The notes below the pieces were generated by a model. The model saw only the letters and a program-made list of their open reading frames with translations. It searched no databases and had not been told where the DNA came from. DNA of 63,330 nt, the filler included, from an uncultured Planctomycetaceae bacterium (GTDB taxonomy: Bacteria > Planctomycetota > Planctomycetia > Planctomycetales > Planctomycetaceae), in the NCBI GenBank assembly GCA_963976765.1. It is 3 parts of 3 records of this genome, joined end to end, with 100 filler letters (N's around TTAATTAATTAA, not from the genome) between each part and the next. Parts side by side here need not be neighbours in the genome. Positions count along the whole stretch, not along the records: positions 1 to 22,959 come from CAXBME010000056.1; 2 more parts are not named here. One strand, 5' to 3'. Position 1 is the stretch's first letter. Each line of letters starts with the position of its first letter. The translations under genes and the position numbers were made by a program. Shown piece by piece: positions 1-10,503 of the stretch.

Positions 1-20
1 GGGGGGGGGGGGGGATAGTA

Positions 21-398
21 ATGTTTGGGCCTCGCATGTTAAGATACATGCATATGTTAAATATCCTAGCGTGGTGCTTATGTATCGGAGCTGTTGCAGG
101 TAATGTTATCGTTGGCCCAATCATGTTTTCCATGTGGGTTGGAAATGCTAGTTTTGGCGTATTCTTGATTGGATTCTGGTGGGTCGCGGAGTTTGCTTAC
201 AGATGTCAGCTGTTCGATATCGACAGAGATCCTCGAATTGTCAAAATCATAATGCCCCTTAGTGTTCGGCGATTAATGTCAGCAGGCGCGAGGGGATGCA
301 TCGGTGTAACAATTACCATGATGTTAGTTCTGTTTCTTACTGTGTCGGGTTTTTGCTTTTACATCTGTTGGGCGGGCAGGCTGGATCTAGTGAGTTGA
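21..398 (+). CDS. hypothetical membrane protein
   Basis: 125-aa ORF with about three hydrophobic segments; near the contig start; no recognisable family. Confidence 0.4.
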   Translation: MFGPRMLRYMHMLNILAWCLCIGAVAGNVIVGPIMFSMWVGNASFGVFLIGFWWVAEFAYRCQLFDIDRDPRIVKIIMPLSVRRLMSAGARGCIGVTITMMLVLFLTVSGFCFYICWAGRLDLVS

Positions 399-629
399 GG
401 GATGGTATCAAGAAAGCCAGACTGGACTGCCGGCTGGGCCGACAGTGTAAGAATGAACCGATTTGCGTCGATTTTCATGCTCGGTGATCGTTCAGTTCGG
501 AGTCTTGCGAGTTTTCGGCTTATATGTTTGCTCAATTAAGGTCGCTATCTGGATTTTATGTACAAAGATAATTCATGCTGCAACGATTAACGAGCTCTTT
601 CCAGTTCGATTCAGGGGTGGTGCTACTTA

Positions 630-1075
630 TTGCGGATGAAAGCGAAGATGAGACGTTGGCGGTTGGCGCTGAATGCAGTGTTGGTCTCGTGACCAGGCAC
701 AATTGCAATCGTCGCCTTCTCATCCTTCATGACAGACGCTGAGGCTTGAGTCTGATGGTATTTGTAATACGTGCGGTGATAATCAATATTACGGCACTGC
801 CACAGGAGAGCTATTAGAATCGGTTATTGAGGTGCGGGTGGATATCGTCATTGGGGACCGCTCACCTTCAACGATCGAGCTTTTTTATGTTTTCAAAGTG
901 TCGGGGTGACTGATGCAGGCTGGCCAATAGGTCATCTCTGTTTCCATCAGAACCGACCCGCCGACTGGGAAGTCGCGACTGTTTCGAGACTTGACTGAGT
1001 TTCTGCTCCGCTCGGGTATAACAATGATGCAGGCCTTTTTGCTGTATCGAGCAATGAAGTTACTGGCCACTTTCA
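630..1075 (+). pseudogene. degenerate paralog of the GT2 glycosyltransferase at 2455-3504
   Basis: Fragments translate to DESEDETLAVGAECSVGLVTRHNCNRRL, NTCGDNQYYG...DIVIGDRSPSTI and SRLFRDLTEFLLRSG...LYRAMK. These are colinear with GT2 DDGSCDRTVEVAVACGVDHIVRHRCNRGL, NTDGDNQYCG...DMVIGDREPSTI and SRLFRNMPEFLLRSG...LYRAMK. Stops and deletions present; boundaries approximate. Confidence 0.8.
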
Positions 1076-1255
1076 ACGACTGCCTTCTGTCGCGTGACCT
1101 TCTTTTTGCGAGGAGGATATGAATTCGTCGACGGTGATTCTGAGTCGATATGTTGGGTTCCCGCTGGTGATTGCTCCGAATTTCTATCCGCGCACTCAGT
1201 GAGAGGATGTCTTGTGCCAGGGTAACCAAAACTCGCTGAAGAACAGAAATTTGTT

Positions 1256-2272
1256 TTGACGACTGCCGTTCGCACAGGAATGTTCGCACTTGTCGCCTGG
1301 TTCGTCTCTCGTTACGCCATTGACGTCTGGGACTCTACTCACCAATACGATCTAGAGTTTGATTCGGTTTCGTTGATCCTTGCGGGAGTGCTCTATATTG
1401 CACCGTGGCTTGCTTCTGTATGGGGCTGGGAAAGACTTCTAAAAGCATTCGGGCACAATGTTCCCATCGTTCCGGTCATGAGAGCGTACTACTGTGGCCA
1501 CCCTGGCAAGTACGTTCCCGGTAAAGCGGCAGCGATTCTGATTCGAGTTGCGCTTCTGAAAAAGTATGGCGTATCGGCAATCAGTGCGAGCGTGACTTCC
1601 GTTGCCGAGACAGGACTATTGATGCTCCAGGGACTGGCATTGTCCGTGTTGCTGATCGGTGTGGCGGTTCCTTCAGAATCTTTGCCGGCTCAATATCAGT
1701 TGGTACGTGATGTTTCTCCATTAACCCTGTTGATCATCACCTTGCTGTTAAGTCCCGTTCTCCTTTCGTTTGCCTGCCTGGCAGCCAACAGGGTTACCGA
1801 AAGATTACTCAGAGCGACAGCGGCGCGACATTCTCAAGGTGAGACGAGTTCTGCTCATCGACAGGTAGCTGAGTTGGAAGTAGAATCTTTCCAGCCGTTT
1901 ACAATCTCATTCATGACTGGATCGGTAGCAGCGTTCCTCGCAACCTGGTTCATGCAGGGACAGAGCCTCGCGATGCTCATCCGTTCCATTGGTATTGAAG
2001 TATCGTTATTCAACTCTTTGATTGTCTGTACGACTGCCGTGGCTGCAGGCACTTCCATTGGGTTCTTCGCGTTTCTGGCTCCTGGAGGACTTGCCATTCG
2101 TGAAGGAATAATCATTGCCATTGTTACGCCGCTTACGGGAGGCTCAGCGGCCGTTATCGTTGCGATTAGCCTGAGAGCTCTGTGGTTCGTATCGGAGATC
2201 GTCGTATCTGCGTTATTATTCTTCATCCCAGCTGACTATCACACTGTTTCCGACTCCGCCAGCGTTGCGTAA
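1256..2272 (+). CDS. lysylphosphatidylglycerol synthase TM-domain / flippase-like membrane protein
   Basis: Multi-TM protein with GKYVPGK and APGGLAIREG motifs typical of the LPG_synthase_TM family. Confidence 0.75.
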   Translation: MTTAVRTGMFALVAWFVSRYAIDVWDSTHQYDLEFDSVSLILAGVLYIAPWLASVWGWERLLKAFGHNVPIVPVMRAYYCGHPGKYVPGKAAAILIRVALLKKYGVSAISASVTSVAETGLLMLQGLALSVLLIGVAVPSESLPAQYQLVRDVSPLTLLIITLLLSPVLLSFACLAANRVTERLLRATAARHSQGETSSAHRQVAELEVESFQPFTISFMTGSVAAFLATWFMQGQSLAMLIRSIGIEVSLFNSLIVCTTAVAAGTSIGFFAFLAPGGLAIREGIIIAIVTPLTGGSAAVIVAISLRALWFVSEIVVSALLFFIPADYHTVSDSASVA

Positions 2273-2454
2273 CTGTCGTTCTGATGCTGGATTTGTTTCC
2301 CACACTTCAATTTATGAATCAGTCCCACTCAGGCTGAGATTCACAACACAGCGTAAACCAGAATGCTTGCCCGTCCAGGCATGACGCGATTGCGATTCGG
2401 GTGCTTGTCTCAAGTACATTTTAAGTGGCCAGTTCATCACAAGAATCGTAACCA

Positions 2455-3504
2455 ATGAAACTGATTGTCCAGATCCCATGCTTCAATGAAGAGCAAACCC
2501 TCCCCGAAACAATCAGCGGTATTCCCAGGGCAGTTGAAGGATTTGAGTGCGTCGAAATCCAGGTTATCGACGATGGCAGTTGTGACCGGACTGTTGAAGT
2601 TGCAGTAGCATGCGGCGTGGACCACATTGTTCGGCACCGATGCAATCGAGGCCTGGCTGCCACCTTTATGACGGGGATCGAAGCGGCACTCAGACTGGGA
2701 GCGGATGTCATCGTCAATACCGACGGAGACAATCAGTACTGCGGGGCTGACATAGAAAAGCTTGTGCGGCCGATCGTTGAGGGGCAAGCTGACATGGTCA
2801 TCGGTGACCGAGAGCCATCGACTATCATGCATTTCTCGCCACTCAAAAGGTCGCTCCAAAGGCTCGGTGCAATGGTTGCTCGATGGTTGTCTCAGACGGA
2901 TGTTGCTGATGCAGTCAGTGGGTTTCGGGCATTTTCCCGGCCCTGTGCGGAGAGGCTAAATGTCTTCTCGCGTTTCAGCTACACGACGGAGACGCTAATC
3001 CAGGCCGGTCAACAAGGCATGTCGGTTGTCTCTGTGCCTGTCAGGACGAACGCACCGACCCGGGAGTCACGACTTTTCCGCAACATGCCGGAGTTTCTGC
3101 TCCGCTCCGGAACGACGATGGTGTTGGCATTTGTCCTTTACCGCGCGATGAAGACGCTGGCGATCCTCAGCGGTACCTTGTTTGTCGCTGGACTGATTCC
3201 GATTTCCGCGTTCCTGTATCGATCAGTCTGGCTGGGAGATTCGGCCGGTCATATTCAGTCTCTGGTACTTGGCTCGGCACTGGTTGTGATTGGAAGCGTG
3301 TTACTGGTCACTTGCCTGATCGTAAATCTTCAGACAGCCTCAAGACGACTTCTAGAGGATGTTCAATTTCGAATCCGCCGGCTGGAATCGCAGCCATCGC
3401 CATCGAACGCACCCTACAAGCAAACTGAATTCAACAACCAGCTGATGAATGGCAAATCTGTCAATCGAGTAGACAGCGACGAGCCAGTCACAACATCGCA
3501 CTAA
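2455..3504 (+). CDS. glycosyltransferase family 2 (polyprenol-phosphate sugar synthase-like)
   Basis: IPCFNEE, IDDGSCD, NTDGDNQY and DAVSGFRAF motifs; two C-terminal TM helices. Confidence 0.92.
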   Translation: MKLIVQIPCFNEEQTLPETISGIPRAVEGFECVEIQVIDDGSCDRTVEVAVACGVDHIVRHRCNRGLAATFMTGIEAALRLGADVIVNTDGDNQYCGADIEKLVRPIVEGQADMVIGDREPSTIMHFSPLKRSLQRLGAMVARWLSQTDVADAVSGFRAFSRPCAERLNVFSRFSYTTETLIQAGQQGMSVVSVPVRTNAPTRESRLFRNMPEFLLRSGTTMVLAFVLYRAMKTLAILSGTLFVAGLIPISAFLYRSVWLGDSAGHIQSLVLGSALVVIGSVLLVTCLIVNLQTASRRLLEDVQFRIRRLESQPSPSNAPYKQTEFNNQLMNGKSVNRVDSDEPVTTSH

Positions 3505-3527
3505 TCGACTCACACGACGAGGGCCCG

Positions 3528-5519
3528 ATGACACTTGAGCGGACGCCGAGCGAAGGAGACTATCCGAAAGAGAAGCAATCAGCAGCGAAGACAGTCCCTT
3601 CAGTCGCCGCGCAACTGCAAACCACCGACAATCAAGGGCCGGCAATCGACCCTGGCGAAGAAGCTTCCAGCGGTGCCGGTTTGGGCAGAGCATGGTGGTT
3701 GATTGCGACAGCAATTCTGGCAGTTCACTCGGGGCTACTGGCCTGGTCAGCATCAACGCACAGTGCCACCTGGGACGAAGGCGGGCACCTGTCAGCCGGG
3801 CTGAGTCATTGGGAATTCGGCACGTTCGAACTGTACTCCGTCAACCCACCGCTCGTTCGAACGGTCGCTGCATTGCCCGTCTGGCTTTTTACAGACCCGG
3901 TGCTCGACTGGTCAGACCGCTCGACAGATCCTCAGAAGCGAAGCGAAGTCCGTGTCGGCCGGAAGCTTCTTGCCGTGAACAAGGTTGACTCGATTCGGAT
4001 GCTGCAAGTCGCCCGCCTGACCTGCATTCCGTTCTCTCTCCTGGGAGCCGTCATCTGCTCGCTATGGGCTCGTGATCTATATGGAAAAAACGCGGCCTTG
4101 CTGGCACTGGTTCTGTGGTGCTTCTCGCCGATGATCCTTGGGCATGGCGCGTTGATTACCCCCGACGTTGCTGCCGCATCCACGGGCATTTGTGCCTTGT
4201 ATTTCTTTCGCCGATACCTCAGGCAACCCTCCTGGGAAGCTGCGATTGCCGCCGGCACGGCCTGTGGAATTGCGGTACTCACTAAGTCGACCTGGCTTGT
4301 GCTGTTACCAGCCCTCGGACTTGTCCTGTGGTTATGCTGGCGGACTGGCGAATGGCTTCGCTTAAACGTCCGCCACAAGGTTCACGAGATAGCATCGCTG
4401 CTGCTGGTTGCCCTGGTTGCCCTGATTGTTGTAAATGCCTTTTACGGATTCCGTGGCTCACTCACTCCGCTGAGAGACTACCGCTTCATCAGCGATAGCC
4501 TTGCCGGACCGGAAGAATCGCGAGACTCACAAAAGCAAGGCAATCGATTTACGGAAAGTCTGCTCGGTCGGATCCCGGTGCCGTTGCCACGCAACCTGGT
4601 CCTTGGAATCGATATTCAGAAAAAGGACTTCGAAAAAGGGTTTACAAACCTTGGGTACAAGTCTTACCTGCTGGGCACCTGGAAGAAGGGCGGCTGGTGG
4701 TACTACTACCTGGTGTCTCTCGCCGTCAAAGTACCGTTGGGCACCTGGCTGATTGCATTCCTGGCATTGGTTGTTCGTATCCTGCTTCCTCGCGAATCAG
4801 CCGTTAACCGGAAAGAAGAATCGCTGCTGGCAGGTACCGGCTTTGTTATTGTGGCTCTGGTCAGTTCTCAGCTTGGGATGAATCGACACCTGCGATACAT
4901 CCTGCCTGCCTGGCCGTTCGCTTTCATCTGGATCAGCCAGGCAGCAAGACTGCTTAACGGCTGGGCGCTGACTTCCCGACTCCTGCTGGGCCTGGGGCTC
5001 TTGTGGTCGGTGTTCAGCAGCCTGTGGTACTTTCCGCACTCGATCTCGTACTTCAACGAGCTGACTGCCGGCCCACGGTACGGTCATCACGTGCTGATCA
5101 ACAGCAATATCGACTGGGGTCAGGACCTGCTCTACCTCAAAGACTGGCTCGATGAGCATCCTGAAGTCGAAGACCTGCGCATGGCCTGGTTCGGAAACTT
5201 CGATCCTCGTGCTATCGGGATTGAATTCCGCCTACCATCGCCGCTGTTCGATGACACTCGTGACCGTCCAATTCGAGAACAGAAATGGATAGGCCCCAAG
5301 CCGGGATGGTACGCCGTCAGCGTTAATTACCTCTACGGGCACACGATGCCAATCCCCGATGGCAAAGGTCGGTTCAAATACTTTGGTGGTCAGCCGGTCT
5401 TCGAATACTTCCGCGAATTCGAACCGATCGCCACCGCTGGATACTCGATTTACATCTATCACCTGAATCGAGACGAAGTCAATCGGGTACGTCGGAAGCT
5501 CAATCTGCCGACAATCTGA
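3528..5519 (+). CDS. GT-C glycosyltransferase (GT39/PMT_2, ArnT-like)
   Basis: SATWDE first-loop motif, NPPL, many TM helices, RYILP, SNIDWGQDL. Confidence 0.85.
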   Translation: MTLERTPSEGDYPKEKQSAAKTVPSVAAQLQTTDNQGPAIDPGEEASSGAGLGRAWWLIATAILAVHSGLLAWSASTHSATWDEGGHLSAGLSHWEFGTFELYSVNPPLVRTVAALPVWLFTDPVLDWSDRSTDPQKRSEVRVGRKLLAVNKVDSIRMLQVARLTCIPFSLLGAVICSLWARDLYGKNAALLALVLWCFSPMILGHGALITPDVAAASTGICALYFFRRYLRQPSWEAAIAAGTACGIAVLTKSTWLVLLPALGLVLWLCWRTGEWLRLNVRHKVHEIASLLLVALVALIVVNAFYGFRGSLTPLRDYRFISDSLAGPEESRDSQKQGNRFTESLLGRIPVPLPRNLVLGIDIQKKDFEKGFTNLGYKSYLLGTWKKGGWWYYYLVSLAVKVPLGTWLIAFLALVVRILLPRESAVNRKEESLLAGTGFVIVALVSSQLGMNRHLRYILPAWPFAFIWISQAARLLNGWALTSRLLLGLGLLWSVFSSLWYFPHSISYFNELTAGPRYGHHVLINSNIDWGQDLLYLKDWLDEHPEVEDLRMAWFGNFDPRAIGIEFRLPSPLFDDTRDRPIREQKWIGPKPGWYAVSVNYLYGHTMPIPDGKGRFKYFGGQPVFEYFREFEPIATAGYSIYIYHLNRDEVNRVRRKLNLPTI

Positions 5520-5554
5520 TCTTTGTTTGGGGCGAGCACGAAGCGCAGGCTGGA

Positions 5555-7081
5555 TCAACTGGACGGAGGATCGACAGCTTGTGGTTCGAAGCGGCTCTCA
5601 AGATGCAAGGGGTCATCAGGATTTACCGGGGGAGCGGCAAAGGTGGACTTCGACGGTTGATCCAGATTCAGTTGACGGAGTGCGTCTGCAAGTTGCCGTC
5701 CGTACAAATGATGTGAAGCCTCGTCCGGATGCCCACAATTCCAAACGGTCGCAGATATGCCAGAGGTACCGGGATGAGTTCTTCCTCTGCCATGTGGGTC
5801 GGCAGTCGCGTCAGGAATCCCATTCCAGTTGGGGTGGTTCTCAATGACATCCCAGCCATCAACAACTGTGATGTTCACACCGATCTCTGCCAGATTCTTG
5901 ACGGCTTGCTGTGCCAACAGGTTTTGGGTGCCTGCCCCCTCGCCGTTCTGTGGCAGCCACATGACGACAATTGTTGCGACACCGTTTCGATTCGCGATCT
6001 CGAAAAACTGGCCGAAAACGAACTCGTAAAACTGCAACCCGGGGTGATGTTCAAGGTCGTCATCAATGTCACGACCAACAGTCCTGTAGTATTCTCGAGC
6101 GCTGGCCTCTGCCTCAGTCCAGTAGGCTTCCATCGTCGATTGCACGATCGGACTCATGCGACGAATCAATTCCTCGCGCTCGGCAAAAGGGTAGAGTGCA
6201 ACCCTGTCGTCAATATTGTTCGGAAATGCGGTACTCTTGCCGTAGAAGTTGCTTCTGAATTCAAAGACCTCGGCCGGATCAAGTTCTTCTGAAAAATGGC
6301 TTAGCGTGTAGCCATCTGCTGAATTGGAAATGTAGCTCTTGCCTGCACTCCCCAGCCCCTGGGCACTGAATTGAGTCAGGAATGAGCGACGAGCCAGATC
6401 TCCAATACAACCTATGACCAAACACTGCGGCTTGAGAGAATCTAGAATTCCCGTCCGTTCCAGACGCTCCAGGCGATGGATCATCTCAGGGTAACCTGAC
6501 TGGCACACGCCATAGTTGTAAGCGGCCAGCAGCCCGACTCTGCCCCACAGTTCACTCGCTGCCACGCATGAGTAAGTATCGGCGCCCGCGATTTCGTCAC
6601 CAAATGTGAATGAACAGCCAGTCGAAAGAACTCCGCCTGTCTTGAACAATCGTTGATCGGTATCTTCGGAAATACGATAGCCAGCCGCGTGAAAGTGGAG
6701 AGGATAGTTACGAAAAGTCGTTTGACTCTCGCAATACAGATTGCCACTGAAGCCAGGCATGATTGTGTACCCGGAGTCAGGGCAGTAGGTAACCGACCCA
6801 GGCGGCCAAGCTTCTGCAAGAAACTGATGGTGCACAGCCTCCAGGTCGCCTTTGGCAAACAAGTCTGCGATTGAATCCTGATACCAGACCTTTGCGTGAC
6901 GGCGGATAACTCGTATTTCCTGTTGCAGAATCGCCCGAGTTTGTGGAATCGCGACCAGCAGAAGAATCGTCAGACAGATAGAAAAAATGACCGCGGCAAT
7001 TCTGAAGACCAGCGGACGCTTCGAACGTGGTTGCTCGACCTTGCCGACGCGAAGCGTGGAAGAATCATTTTCTGTTGCCAT
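5555..7081 (-). CDS. membrane-anchored SGNH/GDSL-like protein
   Basis: N-terminal TM; GCSFTFG, NYGV and GHPDEASH blocks resemble SGNH blocks I, II and V. Confidence 0.55.
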   Translation of the reverse strand: MATENDSSTLRVGKVEQPRSKRPLVFRIAAVIFSICLTILLLVAIPQTRAILQQEIRVIRRHAKVWYQDSIADLFAKGDLEAVHHQFLAEAWPPGSVTYCPDSGYTIMPGFSGNLYCESQTTFRNYPLHFHAAGYRISEDTDQRLFKTGGVLSTGCSFTFGDEIAGADTYSCVAASELWGRVGLLAAYNYGVCQSGYPEMIHRLERLERTGILDSLKPQCLVIGCIGDLARRSFLTQFSAQGLGSAGKSYISNSADGYTLSHFSEELDPAEVFEFRSNFYGKSTAFPNNIDDRVALYPFAEREELIRRMSPIVQSTMEAYWTEAEASAREYYRTVGRDIDDDLEHHPGLQFYEFVFGQFFEIANRNGVATIVVMWLPQNGEGAGTQNLLAQQAVKNLAEIGVNITVVDGWDVIENHPNWNGIPDATADPHGRGRTHPGTSGISATVWNCGHPDEASHHLYGRQLADALRQLNLDQPSKSTFAAPPVNPDDPLHLESRFEPQAVDPPSS

Positions 7082-7526
7082 TTCAATCTGCCTTTAGCGT
7101 TGGCCAGATTTTTCAATTGATTCTGTGGCGTATGACGCGCCCAATTCGTTACAGGAATTAACCTGTGAAGCCGAAATCAGAAAGCTAACGACGAGTCCTT
7201 TCGTCGTTGGCGACAGGAAAAACGGAAGGCTTCTCATTCGCTCGCACGCCCGAATTTGCTGTTTGGGAAGTTCGCTACGATACAATAGAATTTCCTGGCG
7301 TTAAGTCCCGCTGCCTTGGAACGCGTGTCCCTGCCGATTGTGTTGCACACTGTAACAGCGAAAACTCATTTTTGAACACATCATCACCATCCCACATACC
7401 TGCTTTTCGTTAATCGACAATCAAGACTGATGGATTTGGAATCGGCGGCCTGATGGCGGGTTCTCCCTTCTTCAGTCTCTTGATGCTGACGATTCAAAGC
7501 TACTTGGCGTTTGTGAGGACTCTATT

Positions 7527-8078
7527 TTGACGCTCCGCGGAATCCGACTGATGTTGTGCAGTATTTTCACTGTGGCGATTCTTGTCACCGTTGGCAGTTT
7601 CGTTGCTACGCTGTCCACAACACCATTCGGGATGGAAGTCGACGTCGATGCGCGGCTTTCGGAACTTGATCAATCTGTTCCGGAAGAAGTGAAAGCTGGC
7701 GATTCGGACAAAATTGCGTTGTCTGAATCGATGCTCGATCGCAAACTGCAGCGACCAGTGGTTGATCCGCCAGCTCTGAAAAAAGCCGTCAAACCAACTG
7801 CACCAACTCGGGCAACACGACCTCAGCCTACGGTACAGTCGCTGACAGGGGTTACTCTGTTAGGGCTGTTTCTCGCTCACAATCGTAGCTATGCGTTACT
7901 GGAGACGGCCCGCGGTCGCGTTGAGGTCCGACGAGTTGGGGATCACCTTGAGTATGCGACTCAATCGGCGAAACTGGTGCAGATTGGTCCTGACAGTGTC
8001 ACTCTTGAAAACTCGGGCCGCAGGACGAAGCTGGAACTGCAAACGCGGCCTCGCCTCGCGGCTCAGGATGTCAAATGA
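7527..8078 (+). CDS. type II secretion GspC/PilP-like protein
   Basis: N-terminal TM, Pro-rich linker, C-terminal LLG..ALL..RRVGD..LVQIGPDSVTL beta domain; first gene of the T2SS operon. Confidence 0.55.
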   Translation: MTLRGIRLMLCSIFTVAILVTVGSFVATLSTTPFGMEVDVDARLSELDQSVPEEVKAGDSDKIALSESMLDRKLQRPVVDPPALKKAVKPTAPTRATRPQPTVQSLTGVTLLGLFLAHNRSYALLETARGRVEVRRVGDHLEYATQSAKLVQIGPDSVTLENSGRRTKLELQTRPRLAAQDVK

Positions 8079-9715
8079 GCGACTCTCAATGGGTACTGAT
8101 TCAAGGTACGACCTGGCGGGTCGGGCGGCTTTTCGAAGATGGTGTAACGTATGCCGATGTCAGTTCCGAAGAATCGATCACGACTGCTCCACAGTTAGCG
8201 GCTGCGCTCCGAGATTGTGGATATTCCCGTGGGGACGTGTTACTTGCGCTTGCTTCTACATCGTGCCTGACGGGTGTAGTTGACTTAAGTGAATTGCCAC
8301 GGTCTCCGGATCGCCAGACGTTGCTTTATCAGCTTGAATCATCTCTTCCCTGGTCGGCGGAAGAAGTCGTTGCTGATTTCGTATCTGGAGCGTCTCATGC
8401 TTTGGGCATTGCGACTCGCACTGCTGACGTCTTGCCGATTCTGGAAGGGCTCGAACAGGAAGGCATTCCGATTCGCAGCGTTTGCCCTTGGAGCATGCTG
8501 GCCTGCCAGAGCTATCTTGAACAATCAGATACGAATAGGGCGTCTGTCAAAGGCAGTACATTATCGGACGATGTTCCTTCCGACGATTCCATCGCTTCTA
8601 AATCTGAACCCGCAGAAATCGCAACGAGCACCAGCAACGATCCACCTGCAGAAAGCAAGCTCCCCGATGGTGGATCAACTCAGGTAACTCTGATAGGCGA
8701 TGAAGCAACGGTCTTCCTTGGAGTAACGCACAGGAAGACAGAACTTGTCGTAACCATGAAGGGAAAACCGATCGCGTGGCAAAGCGGTACCATTGATGAC
8801 TTGCAGGCTCAGCTACGGATGGTCTGGCTAAGCCATTCGGGAAATATCCGTGTGATTCTTTGCGGGTCCTCAACGGACAATGATGACGTTCGGGCCGTGA
8901 CTGCCGGGTTTAGGTCGTCATGTAGCAAACTCTCGCTGGACGACGCAGCGGCACTCGCGACACGAGAAATTCTCTCGGGCAATCGCGTGCCTCTGTTCGA
9001 ATTGCGGCGTGGTGTCCTTGCAGACTCAAACCCGTTTCGACCGGTTGCGAAGCTGGTAATGGCTACCGTGATTTCAGTTGCCGCCTGCCTTGCGATCATC
9101 GCTGGTTTGATGTTCTGGAAGGCCCAGCAGTATGAACAGCTTACAAAGAACTACCAGCGTGACCAGGAGCAGGTGTTCCGGCAACTGTTTCCGGATCAGC
9201 CGATTCCCATCGGAATTCGATCCCGGCTACAGAGTGAGAAAGCTCGAATCGTCGGGCTAAAAGGCGACAACCTTGATTCTCCAGAAGCAGTTTCTGCGCT
9301 TGCGACTCTCGAATCATTCCTGAATGGGATTCCAACTGGACTGCGGTTTCGTGTCGTTGAAATCCTGATCGAAGGCAGCCGCATCACAATCGATGGGGAA
9401 GTGCGCACACACAGCGATGCGTCTCGGCTGGCTTCTGAACTTAAGCGAGCCGGATTTCAGGTTCAATCACCGAGAACCGTTCAACTATCGGGTGGAACTG
9501 TTTCGTTACGACTGACGGCAGGCTTCCGAGAAGTCAGTAGCAAAGAGCAGGCTCGCGCATCAGCAGATCAAGTTCCGAGTACAGATCTTTTAAGGATGCC
9601 TGATTTTTCTACCGACACCCCAACTCCGGACAGTCTGCGACAGACGTCAAGCCTCATGGCGTCTGTTTCAGAACTGGGACACTCCAACCTCAGTAATCCT
9701 GGAGTCCAACGATGA
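8075..9715 (+). CDS. type II secretion GspL-like protein
   Basis: Actin-like N-domain (LESSLPWSAEEVVAD), one TM, periplasmic domain (VFRQLFPDQ); overlaps its neighbours. Confidence 0.65.
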   Translation: MSDSQWVLIQGTTWRVGRLFEDGVTYADVSSEESITTAPQLAAALRDCGYSRGDVLLALASTSCLTGVVDLSELPRSPDRQTLLYQLESSLPWSAEEVVADFVSGASHALGIATRTADVLPILEGLEQEGIPIRSVCPWSMLACQSYLEQSDTNRASVKGSTLSDDVPSDDSIASKSEPAEIATSTSNDPPAESKLPDGGSTQVTLIGDEATVFLGVTHRKTELVVTMKGKPIAWQSGTIDDLQAQLRMVWLSHSGNIRVILCGSSTDNDDVRAVTAGFRSSCSKLSLDDAAALATREILSGNRVPLFELRRGVLADSNPFRPVAKLVMATVISVAACLAIIAGLMFWKAQQYEQLTKNYQRDQEQVFRQLFPDQPIPIGIRSRLQSEKARIVGLKGDNLDSPEAVSALATLESFLNGIPTGLRFRVVEILIEGSRITIDGEVRTHSDASRLASELKRAGFQVQSPRTVQLSGGTVSLRLTAGFREVSSKEQARASADQVPSTDLLRMPDFSTDTPTPDSLRQTSSLMASVSELGHSNLSNPGVQR

Positions 9716-10266
9716 CTTGGTCTGCACAAGAACGATCACAGAAGCAGACGCTGCTGGCAGTGTGCTTCGGGATTCTGATATGCAGTGTCGCGTGGAGTGT
9801 TTGGTATCTCGACACGAAAGTCTCGGCGGCACAGGATAGCGCGAAGCAGTTGGAAGAGTCCCTGGGACTCGCTGAAATCATCTTGAAAGGGCGATCTGGT
9901 CCATCTCGCGCTGCTCTCCGGTCGACATCCTCGATGGAAATGACAGAGCAAATCGAACAAGCGTCGAAGGATTCGGAGCTACCCGCCAAAGCGATCGCGC
10001 TCATCGAACCCCAGGCAGAACGACGCGTTGGTAATACTCCCTATAAGCTACAACTTACACGACTTGACCTGAACGCCCTGCCGCTGGATCAACTTGTCGT
10101 GTTCCTGAGATCCATTTCGTCGGGCGATTCATCGCTGATTGTCAACGGTTTACGACTGTCGGCTCCGGTAGGTGGCACTAAAGGCAGCCAGCAGACGGAA
10201 ACATGGCTGTCAGAAGTCACCTTGACACGGATAGTGTACGCACCGATAACGCGGTCCCCCCTCTGA
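9712..10266 (+). CDS. type II secretion GspM-like protein
   Basis: Single TM, coiled region, LDQLVVFL ferredoxin-like segment; follows the GspL-like gene. Confidence 0.55.
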   Translation: MTWSAQERSQKQTLLAVCFGILICSVAWSVWYLDTKVSAAQDSAKQLEESLGLAEIILKGRSGPSRAALRSTSSMEMTEQIEQASKDSELPAKAIALIEPQAERRVGNTPYKLQLTRLDLNALPLDQLVVFLRSISSGDSSLIVNGLRLSAPVGGTKGSQQTETWLSEVTLTRIVYAPITRSPL

Positions 10267-10503
10267 CTTCCCATCGTCTTGTCCGTTCTGGACGCCCTGA
10301 TCCCCCTCACTCCAAATCTGAAGCTTTCCGTCCGCAAATTATGGCCGCGGTCCGTCCACTGCTGCCGTCATGGCGATTGGCGGTTGGCACGATTTCTCAC
10401 AGTGACGTTTCTCGAAACGACAGCGTGCACGGCTACTGTGAAAATCGCTCCCACGGCATTTCTCAGTAGAAGTCGACCTTTCCAAGGCGTTGAAGAACTC
10501 CTG

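Noticed and set aside
1..13. Poly-G run
   Set aside because: At a contig end; typical sequencing artefact.
7150..7235. Hairpins in the divergent intergenic region (AACGACGA/TCGTCGTT)
   Set aside because: No riboswitch consensus recognised; too little evidence.
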